From a virus: a stretch of 64,000 bases of DNA. Positions 24,601 to 31,507 of this stretch are shown one piece after another. The stretch lies in the IMG/VR virus record IMGVR_UViG_3300045988_176106; one strand, written 5' to 3'. Made by a program: the position numbers and the translations under genes. The notes under the pieces are model-generated. The model did not search any database. It worked only from the letters and a program-made list of their open reading frames with translations, and was not told the DNA's origin. The first letter of the stretch is position 1, and each line of letters starts with the position of its first letter.

Positions 24601-24951
24601 TTCTTTATTCAGCATAAAGAATTTGTTGCAGAAGCTTTCATATCCTGAGCACAGGGTACGATTGATCGCATAATTGCGACCCTCAGCAAGTTTAAGTGTA
24701 GACAATAATTGAAGTGCTGCCTGACTATTTTTGCCCTTCATAAAGGTAATAAATGCTTTACCCTTTTTAGAGACAGACTTAATGCGCATTGCTACTTCAG
24801 TACCGTGTACAGAGATCTTAACGTCTCTATGCTCTGTAGTGGCTACAGTGCCAATAGCTGATACCAGTTGATTTGCCACATCTTTAATCGCATCTTTACG
24901 ATCAGAGGTCAAAGAGTTGAATAAGTTGATTGTGTTAATAGTGTTAGCCAT
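21601..24951 (-). CDS. Single-chain two-barrel (beta-like + beta'-like) DNA-dependent RNA polymerase, copy 2
   Basis: 1116 aa. GAMRVISENHVKGVAAY...LGVDYISGKLKSKSVGLG is beta-like (24007-24021). KYPELMLQSF...LRIPPMLALSNQDDFDGDRATVF is the beta'-like NADFDGD equivalent (22597-22614). AAGGA Shine-Dalgarno. Confidence 0.8.
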   Translation of the reverse strand: MANTINTINLFNSLTSDRKDAIKDVANQLVSAIGTVATTEHRDVKISVHGTEVAMRIKSVSKKGKAFITFMKGKNSQAALQLLSTLKLAEGRNYAINRTLCSGYESFCNKFFMLNKEVVVVEKRKETVFRKEIITSAEAFFMFVIKLSSDSKTKIEDILDAMRQRPGLRYAPVSHVMPRQQLAQYRLQGWEIESGELDSMNLSPDINAKLASIGAFSQGAVDSMAAVFDGDTTYSINDATKSIARFGLNPSDHKSVSIGTKKVAVIVGVDMPKDYDRFEDSVYTSIVGGAIHASKEEYLKYGAMRVISENHVKGVAAYIDDSFESASKELGVDYISGKLKSKSVGLGFNLVNNGKTLKDFIISLYNDAEFRTQVNNELASFVRDVKIGALTYKAIVIDEELHATSFYALEGWEYTDKFLSQQEEIKKHASIDEAEFELLGVEQIDEESLTDEEVEALNATSVMKSFVESIKTNPDFKVGEALLDMKRQGLITKAKKVGRISLLTLDSIKDQFGEEALVSFLKANIDNSYLVESSVMTKDLSPRIYEEGEIKFILKELFDNTIAYAGNGTLKAENFKSYGKDKQMIANTIDRLLNGDDSIGWVGLINTGFTIEFAGYDFVFPGWNKLKGQIILPNEEDLSEGLIGGKLVGTLMSIYQMIKFQNTKGAVLTYAKHILTLEQLFLGARITKMRMTGNANMVLVPQTKDLVNVYTTNKTVRKGIQEDGQLGYIKYPELMLQSFKLVSAKSGTPFWTSTEEYGIFGILEESVLRIPPMLALSNQDDFDGDRATVFFAKGLEGYETWTAEHTLGKDNLIGAYQAAYVADEEESLLKGLDIITDSTIKCYPVEEFQAGVEKLVKAKQDTGKYTNALVQSIPLFEAMTALKDGLTKEEARIAIASMGVAVQNGAISQMKHENRGYSLIDMMYLFSASERNAHDDSISLADAWEEAIESTIGNKEVARRIATIIAEKAPRIIEHSNMVQLGKVYSDGEYNYYNHYGVRATGLALSRMGFGSYMANLNSVVYSSIEGTEAEIKDYVDATMSIGRTFDGFFKTVESRGVKHSTAPKASIYGAIGYFFEAAEKASKSLKVIQAINVAAERAESATAAEQAEVLEDMGF

Positions 24952-25113
24952 GATTATGTCCTTTCTTAAGACAAATATTAAAATAAAGGTTTATAGTAAG
25001 GCTGTACTAATAAACCCGTGAAGGAAGCTGTTTCGTACTTTTGTACTAATCAGTATGGATACACATCCATATACAGGAGCAGTTTATTGTCACGCTCAGG
25101 ACATTAAGACAAA

Positions 25114-25428
25114 TTAGAACGGAAGGTCTGACTCTTCCTCCTTAGTCCAACTGAGTGGGATAGTGCTTATAATGTTACTCATCAGAGTATCATAAAACTC
25201 GCTGTGAGACTCAGGAGAAGCCTCCCTTTCCATTCGGATGGCCTCTCGCATTGAGAGGATATGTTCCTCTCTGGCCTTCAAGGACTCACCGAAATGGGCC
25301 CTAAATTCCTTATGAAATTTCTCCATGTCTTCCTTAGTTCCGGGTAAATCACAATTGCAGGTTAACCATCTCAGAGCCTCCTCTTGTTGGGTATAGGCAA
25401 AAATAAATAAGTTAGCAGTATTCAACAT
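25114..25428 (-). CDS. Small protein ending in an SSB-tip-like tail (...KEEESDLPF)
   Basis: Start re-called at ATG 25428 (MLNTANLF..., AAGGAAA upstream), 104 aa. Confidence 0.7.
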   Translation of the reverse strand: MLNTANLFIFAYTQQEEALRWLTCNCDLPGTKEDMEKFHKEFRAHFGESLKAREEHILSMREAIRMEREASPESHSEFYDTLMSNIISTIPLSWTKEEESDLPF

Positions 25429-25563
25429 AATATGTTTCCTTTTTGAAGAAAGTTGATAAAAGACCAATCTCATCAGTAGTGGTAGGTCAATTCCACTAGA
25501 CACCCCATATACTACAGGGGTGTTTCGAATAAGCCCTATATTTCTATAAGGCTATATCTTAAT

Positions 25564-25896
25564 TTAGAAGGGGATTTCATCCTCTTCGATAGGTTTAATA
25601 AGCACTAGATAGGCAGTCTTACCTATCAATGCATCATTTATTATTGCATTCAGCTCATCTAATGATTTATTATTATTAATAAACCATTTAATTGCTTGAA
25701 CCAATCGAATATTGTAAAGCATTGGCTTAAACCAGCGATCACAATAATAATCCAATTGGATGCAAATATGACTTGGATCATCAAAACATTCCATTTTGAG
25801 GTAGAATTTATCTTTCTCAGATTGGAACACTTCAAGCCACAGATTAGCAGCATTGAACATATCAATCACTTGCTCATTAGTGTTGAATTTAATCAT
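25564..25896 (-). CDS. Small protein ending in an SSB-tip-like tail (...IEEDEIPF)
   Basis: 110 aa, AAGGAG Shine-Dalgarno. Confidence 0.8.
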   Translation of the reverse strand: MIKFNTNEQVIDMFNAANLWLEVFQSEKDKFYLKMECFDDPSHICIQLDYYCDRWFKPMLYNIRLVQAIKWFINNNKSLDELNAIINDALIGKTAYLVLIKPIEEDEIPF

Positions 25897-25912
25897 TTTT
25901 AATTCTCCTTAA

Positions 25913-26083
25913 TTATTTATTCAATTGATAACCAGTTACTACAGAACATTGCTCTTTAGACATCTTAGATGTAATAGTGCAATGATGGTAATCTGAACGT
26001 TTTAAGCTGTTATTAATACCATTAAAGGCAAACACAACAACAGCAATAACAATAATCCAACGGAATTTGATAGGTGATTTCAT
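25913..26083 (-). CDS. Small membrane-anchored/secreted protein
   Basis: Start re-called at ATG 26083 (MKSPIKFRWIIVIAVVVFAF..., AGGAG upstream), 56 aa. Confidence 0.6.
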   Translation of the reverse strand: MKSPIKFRWIIVIAVVVFAFNGINNSLKRSDYHHCTITSKMSKEQCSVVTGYQLNK

Positions 26084-26150
26084 TTTAAGACTCCTTAAAA
26101 AGTAAATAAAAAACAAAATAAAACAAAAGATAAAAGGTTAATAAAAGCAA

Positions 26151-26297
26151 TTATTTACAATTGCCATCGACAGCGCATTCAATTTGTGCATGACGATTAC
26201 TTAAGATGTTTTCAGCTTTAGCAGCTTGCATCAATGAATTGACACCACAAAATAAAACAGAAAAGAAAACTACAAGAATAATGATGAATTTAGTCAT
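26151..26297 (-). CDS. Small secreted protein
   Basis: Start re-called at ATG 26297 (MTKFIIILVVFFSVLFCGVNS..., AGGAG upstream), 48 aa. The rest of track ORF 26151..26489 is non-coding-like. Confidence 0.6.
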   Translation of the reverse strand: MTKFIIILVVFFSVLFCGVNSLMQAAKAENILSNRHAQIECAVDGNCK

Positions 26298-26757
26298 TTT
26301 AATAACTCCTAATAAAAATAAAAAATAATGTAACGAATGTGGATGATGTAATAACATAGGATACAGTCCAGGGGGCAAATCCCGGACCATACCCCACTCC
26401 ACAAGAAACCATAAAATACACACCAGGTGCTCAGTCGAAGTATATCTTGCTTTTAAAGATGCATTAGTGCTCAGACTAACAGTATCCATTTTTAAATAGG
26501 TATATTGCGCTACCCATAGCTCTCACACATAACTTCACCCCAGGGGGCAAAATAATACACTCTCACATCCAATCAAAAATAAATTCACCCAAAAATATAT
26601 ATATCAAAAATATTTCACCCATAAAGACATTATTTACATACTTTACGCACTTTCGGTCTACCCAAAATAAAATTTATGTAGTATTATATCTGAAACACTC
26701 TAAAAGTGTTTCTAGATCTAGAAAAATTTTAATTTAATCTTACAAGGAGCGTACTTT
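26298..26757. promoter_or_regulatory. Divergent early/late switch region
   Basis: Strand polarity flips here. TTCACCC x3 (26534, 26584, 26614). CCAGGGGGCAAA x2 (26368, 26540). Hairpin 26692-26712. 12-bp palindrome TCTAGATCTAGA at 26711-26722. Confidence 0.45.
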
Positions 26758-27300
26758 ATGGCTATCGCCAATAAACGTTTCAGTATGTATGCTAGAGTAC
26801 AAAACTTCCTTGGTAAATCCGAAATTGCTCCACAATGGACAGGTGGGGTCGGTGTTGGTGCAGCTGCTGGTGCAGCATACGGATTAGGAAATGGCATCCT
26901 ATCCGACAACACTACAGCATTTGGAGGTGCGGTTGGTGGTGGCACCTTCGGTGCAATTGCCGGCGCGGGCATTGCTTACGCTGCTCACAAATCTACAGGA
27001 TTCCGAAATCTTGCTAGTGATTTGGCTGCCAGTGCAACTGGCGCTAAAAAAGCTGTTTCGGATGCTATGTCTGGATTTGATGCTGGATCAGGGATGAATG
27101 GTGGACATAAACACATGGACAAAGCTTTTGCTAGTGCATTTGCTGGTGCTGAAGCTGGAGATGCTAAAGCATTTGAAGGTTTGTTCAGGAAAGACTTCCA
27201 GGCAAGAAATTCTGCTAACAGTTGGAGTCCAAGTCCTAAAGGGGACTTTGATAGATCAGCTGAATTTGAGAGTTTCTTAAAACGTAACGGAGTCGTTTGA
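26758..27300 (+). CDS. Gly/Ala-rich glycine-zipper protein
   Basis: 180 aa, AAGGAG Shine-Dalgarno, GGVGVGAAAGAAYGLGNG...GGAVGGGTFGAIAGAGIAYA. Confidence 0.8.
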   Translation: MAIANKRFSMYARVQNFLGKSEIAPQWTGGVGVGAAAGAAYGLGNGILSDNTTAFGGAVGGGTFGAIAGAGIAYAAHKSTGFRNLASDLAASATGAKKAVSDAMSGFDAGSGMNGGHKHMDKAFASAFAGAEAGDAKAFEGLFRKDFQARNSANSWSPSPKGDFDRSAEFESFLKRNGVV

Positions 27301-27302
27301 TT

Positions 27303-27890
27303 ATGGGTCTGTTTAATAAAATTGCAGGTGCATTTGCAAAAAATGGAACTAGTCCTGCATCAGCTGCTGATGAAACTATGAGTATTCTTACACGGAAGGT
27401 CTTAAATACCCCTGCTTCGCAAACAGAACAACTATTTAAGAACTCTGGTTTTATCACACAAGCAGAACAGCGTTCAAGATTCCTTGGGTCTATCACTACA
27501 GGTGCTGCTACAGTTGGTGGTATGAATGCTGCTATTGCTATGGCTACTGGTGGAGACCTGACTGATAAAACTCTTGATGGATTGAAGGCAGGTGCTGCAC
27601 TTGGTGCTGCATTTGGTGGATTCAGGGGTTTTAGAAGAGCTACTGCTGGAAGAGTTATTTCTGATATGGACTCGTTCAAACGTGCACATATTATGAGTCG
27701 TAGTTCTGGAAAAGATATGGTTTCCAAGCTACCTAGAATGACCTTCTCACAATCTTTAATACAGAATTCTGAGAAAGCACGTGCTGCTTCGCAATCAGCA
27801 CTGGATAGCTTTTCTATGTATCGGAAGACTGCTCCTGAGAGCGTGGGAGGATACGGATGGAAAAGAGCAACTATGAACATGGGTAAATAA
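27303..27890 (+). CDS. Gly/Ala-rich glycine-zipper protein
   Basis: Start re-called at ATG 27303 (MGLFNKIAG..., GGAG upstream), 195 aa. Confidence 0.8.
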   Translation: MGLFNKIAGAFAKNGTSPASAADETMSILTRKVLNTPASQTEQLFKNSGFITQAEQRSRFLGSITTGAATVGGMNAAIAMATGGDLTDKTLDGLKAGAALGAAFGGFRGFRRATAGRVISDMDSFKRAHIMSRSSGKDMVSKLPRMTFSQSLIQNSEKARAASQSALDSFSMYRKTAPESVGGYGWKRATMNMGK

Positions 27891-27980
27891 TGATCATAGC
27901 ATGTGACCTCAAACACACTCTTTTCTTGATAAAATCCCTTGCATGAATTTTTTAACACAATGCTAAGATAGGGGATTTAA

Positions 27981-28307
27981 ATGTCTGAAGCAAAAGAAAG
28001 TAACAACAACGGCTATGTTGTTTTTGGGGTGACAATTCCTAAAACAATTGGTATTGCTACCTTTTGGTCGATGATGTGCTTTGTTGTATATAGTACATGG
28101 AGCCTGGCTTCAATCAACAATAATATACAAAATTCTGCAAATCAGGTTGCACAGTTATCACAGGATATTCAAAAGATCCGAAATGATATGTATACCAGAT
28201 CTGAAGCTGCTATGCAAAATGAATCTTATAAAAGAGAAATGGACGAAATGAGAAAAATTCTTGACAGACATGAATCTGATATCAAATACTTAATGAAGGA
28301 AAGATAA
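27981..28307 (+). CDS. Single-pass membrane protein with coiled coil
   Basis: 108 aa, TM IGIATFWSMMCFVVYSTWSLA. Confidence 0.75.
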   Translation: MSEAKESNNNGYVVFGVTIPKTIGIATFWSMMCFVVYSTWSLASINNNIQNSANQVAQLSQDIQKIRNDMYTRSEAAMQNESYKREMDEMRKILDRHESDIKYLMKER

Positions 28308-28308
28308 A

Positions 28309-28608
28309 ATGTCTATCAAAGAATATGCTATGAACTTCCTATCAAGAAAGTTCGTCTTCTCGCTAACTGTCATAATGTTAGTAAGTAGTATTCTATTTGC
28401 TAATAAAATAGACAGCACTGTCTATAAAGATATTGTTATCACAATTTCTATGGCATATTTAGGATCTAATGTTGCATCTAAATTTGTAAATGAAAAGTAT
28501 AAAGCTGCGGTTGATGACACATCAAAAGAGACAGCTGATGAAGATGCTCCTGTTGTTGAAAGGGAAACTTCACAAGACGAACCAATATATTTTCCACATA
28601 AGAGTTGA
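28309..28608 (+). CDS. Single-pass membrane protein
   Basis: 99 aa, TM FVFSLTVIMLVSSILFA, acidic C-terminus. Confidence 0.75.
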   Translation: MSIKEYAMNFLSRKFVFSLTVIMLVSSILFANKIDSTVYKDIVITISMAYLGSNVASKFVNEKYKAAVDDTSKETADEDAPVVERETSQDEPIYFPHKS

Positions 28609-28638
28609 TTAGCAACTAATAACTTAGGGAGTTTTTAA

Positions 28639-29031
28639 ATGGATTGCAGAAAAATATGGTGCAATCACATATTCTTAACACTAACTTCTCTTATAGTATT
28701 GATTATAAATATATCTACAAATTATTATATTGATGCAAAATACAACGATCTTAATGAGAATATTACTAGATTAGGGTATAGGATTAGCGGAGCTGAAGAT
28801 ATGATAAAAGATGTGATTGCTATGTCATATAGCAATAGAGTAGATATAGCTACTATAAGAAAGTATGAAGAGGAAAATGTGAAAAGCAAGTTTAATGCCA
28901 TTCGAAATGATTTAAACTCTATTAAAACGCAGTTGAGAAAAGTAAAAAATCTTGATAAGTTTGATAGAGAATTGGAATCAGTGAGAAAATCCGTAGATAA
29001 AATAGAAGACACTATGGATAATAAAAAATGA
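28639..29031 (+). CDS. Single-pass membrane protein with coiled coil
   Basis: 130 aa, GGGAG Shine-Dalgarno, TM IFLTLTSLIVLIINIS. Confidence 0.75.
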   Translation: MDCRKIWCNHIFLTLTSLIVLIINISTNYYIDAKYNDLNENITRLGYRISGAEDMIKDVIAMSYSNRVDIATIRKYEEENVKSKFNAIRNDLNSIKTQLRKVKNLDKFDRELESVRKSVDKIEDTMDNKK

Positions 29032-29516
29032 TATTAGAAAGATTAAAACAAAACCACGCAATAGCGCGAGAGTATGGCGTACATGGACGTATTAAGCTTA
29101 ATCTTTCTGGTAAAGATATTTACATTTATACACTAGAGTCTCCTTGGGATTACAACAATGATTCTCCAAATGGTATTACGGGTTTATCATGCATAAAAGA
29201 AGGTTCATATACCATATCCATTGAAAAATCCCCTGTTAATGGAAAAAGATATCCATTCATATTCAATGAGTCACTAGGTGTGTGCCTAAAGGCTAAAGTT
29301 AAATCTACAGATAGAACTGGACATTGTTTTTTGCCAGTTGCCGCAGACGGAATAGATAAAATATATGGAAGATTTATCCTTGTAGGCGCAAGTACAAAGT
29401 TTGATTCTAGAGGGTTCTATGAACCAATTGATGGATTTGAAGCAATAAGCTATCTTTTAAAGTATATAGAAGAGTCTGGTGATAATACATTAAAAATAAC
29501 ATGGATTAAGCCATAA
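29028..29516 (+). CDS. Hypothetical protein
   Basis: 162 aa, ATGA overlap with the upstream gene. YTLESPW..N...SCIKEGSY loosely recalls the DUF5675 pattern; not asserted. Confidence 0.7.
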   Translation: MILERLKQNHAIAREYGVHGRIKLNLSGKDIYIYTLESPWDYNNDSPNGITGLSCIKEGSYTISIEKSPVNGKRYPFIFNESLGVCLKAKVKSTDRTGHCFLPVAADGIDKIYGRFILVGASTKFDSRGFYEPIDGFEAISYLLKYIEESGDNTLKITWIKP

Positions 29517-29519
29517 AAA

Positions 29520-29543
29520 AGCCCTAGCACAGAAGCTAGGGCT
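29520..29543. terminator. Bidirectional terminator between convergent genes
   Basis: AAAAA-AGCCCTAGC-acagaa-GCTAGGGCT-TTTCTC. Confidence 0.7.
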
Positions 29544-29551
29544 TTTCTCTA

Positions 29552-30379
29552 TTATAGAGGGTTTGAAACAAATGATCCTCTGTAAACATCTATTAATTCT
29601 CTGTATACAGCAGGAAGGTTATTATCTGCTTTTACTTCTGTAGAGTCGTCTATTATTCTAATCTTAAATTTATCTTTATTAAATTTATTAGAAAAGCTTC
29701 CAAAATCTGGACCCAAGACATTTGCAAGAAGTTTTATAAGTAATGCTTCACTATCAAAATCTGTTTGGTCGCTGTCTTGTTCTATTCTTATCTCGTCCAT
29801 TACAGATTGTGGAATACAAAGCTCAATAATCATATCTTGATGTGGGACAAATTTTATAGATCTATTATAGTTTATCGCAGAAACTGTCATTCTTGCTATA
29901 AGTTCACGTATAGGTAGCACAACACCATCTAGTGATTGCTCAAGAACTATATTATAGTTCATTTTTACTTTAACATTATTATAATCAGTTTTTGCTACAG
30001 AAACATTGCTTTCAGGATGTTTACCTGATCTATAAACCATCAATGCAGAATTAAGAATATATTTATTTTCAAGTTCTTCAATTCCTGCCATTGATTTTCT
30101 TTCTTCTTCTGAAACCATATACACTACAGGGTATATTTCCAGCTTATATACTTTTTCGTTATAGTCTTTCTTTTGCATGTTTACAAAAGCATTTGATAAA
30201 TATCCTGTGCAGTAATCGTTTGAGCCCCAGATATCAAGAATATTGCCGTATTTTCTATGTGTTGTTACCATTGTGCGGCCTGTACGGCACAATGCACATG
30301 TGTTTTGTAGATTATAAAATGTCAATCTTTCTGGCTGGTGAAAGAAAATTCTGTCTTCATATGTATTGCCAAAACGCAT
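29552..30379 (-). CDS. Hypothetical protein (lone minus-strand gene in the late block)
   Basis: 275 aa, AAGGA Shine-Dalgarno. Confidence 0.8.
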   Translation of the reverse strand: MRFGNTYEDRIFFHQPERLTFYNLQNTCALCRTGRTMVTTHRKYGNILDIWGSNDYCTGYLSNAFVNMQKKDYNEKVYKLEIYPVVYMVSEEERKSMAGIEELENKYILNSALMVYRSGKHPESNVSVAKTDYNNVKVKMNYNIVLEQSLDGVVLPIRELIARMTVSAINYNRSIKFVPHQDMIIELCIPQSVMDEIRIEQDSDQTDFDSEALLIKLLANVLGPDFGSFSNKFNKDKFKIRIIDDSTEVKADNNLPAVYRELIDVYRGSFVSNPL

Positions 30380-30539
30380 AATTTAGATCCTTAAGTAAAA
30401 AAAATAATAATCTTCTTTGTGGCGACTAAGATTTGAATTATACAGATGTTTTTATAAAAAGTCAAAACTTTTTTACTTATATAATCAATGACTTATTTTT
30501 ATAATGTGTAAAAATATTTTTACATTATTTTTTACACTC

Positions 30540-31190
30540 CCTTAACACACAAGCGCATAAATTGAGAGTATAATTCGCCATGTTAACTCGTTGAGGTTAG
30601 TATCTAGTCGGGATAAACTACGGCATCGGAACTAAAAGAGAGTTGACCTTATACCAAGTAGCTCATAGAATAATCGGTAGAGGCCGGTAGCGAAAGTATA
30701 ATGATCTCCCAAGATGTGGGCAAGCCTAGCTAGGGAGGTATCGAAAACTGTTTGTTGAAGTGGCGTAATTCTCCCTGTGTAAGCTCCCTTACTAAAAGTA
30801 ATACATAAAGAATTATGAAAGTTGGGCAGTATAAAAATAATGACCTGTTGCAAATAACGGATTATCCTCGAAATCGAGCCGTATGGTCAGACAGACAACT
30901 TTAGGGTTATATAGATAGTGCAATGAGATATAACCTAGTAACTTAAAGTTACTCGACTACAAATATAATGAACCAGAACTTAACAGAGTGTTGCGAAATA
31001 ACGACACTTGGAGTAATCAATATCCTGTTAGTTAAGACACGACAAAGTGTAATAGCTTACTTCTGATGATCACTTGGATCACTGCTTGATAATCGCAAAG
31101 GAAGTTACGAAAGTGGAACTGGGAATAACATGGCAGATACAGCTATATCTTTTTAGATGAAAGCCTTGCTTTGCTAGGCCTAATTGTATC
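30540..31190. ncRNA. Candidate structured RNA of unknown class (strand tentative, plus favoured)
   Basis: A 1.1-kb gap without a credible ORF. Helices at 30706-30737 (CTCCC/GGGAG), 30905-30935 (8 bp), 30938-30952 (6 bp), 30987-31008 (has a G-U valid only on the plus RNA), 31067-31081, and 31103-31120 (GAAA tetraloop). Confidence 0.35.
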
Positions 31191-31507
31191 TATTAAAAAT
31201 GTGTACAACCGATTTTAAACAATTCTTCAACAGATGTTTAAAACATTTTTAAATTTTAAAACACGGCGTTCCTCAAGAACGCAGTGTTATAGTACACTAC
31301 AGAAAATATAGGATCATATTAAAAATATAAATAAATATATTGTTTAAAATATATACATATTGTATACTATATTAAAAAGATTATAAGCTTAAATGAAATG
31401 TCTTATTAAATAACGAGACTTACTTCTATCATTTACAGCTTTTCATATATTATTAGTTATTTAAAACATTTCTAAAAGATTATAAGATATTTAACAATAG
31501 GAAAAAT

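Noticed and set aside
27236-27958. 240-aa minus-strand ORF (and 26718..26972, 27474..27689)
   Set aside because: It is antisense to the Gly/Ala-rich late genes, where GCN/GGN codon runs keep the opposite strand open. It has no Shine-Dalgarno and would oppose the operon polarity.
30876-30884. GAGCCGTAT resembling the 5' strand of group II intron domain V
   Set aside because: There is no complementary ...ATACGG(T/C)TC strand within 40 nt, no GUGYG 5' end, no reverse-transcriptase ORF and no interrupted host gene.
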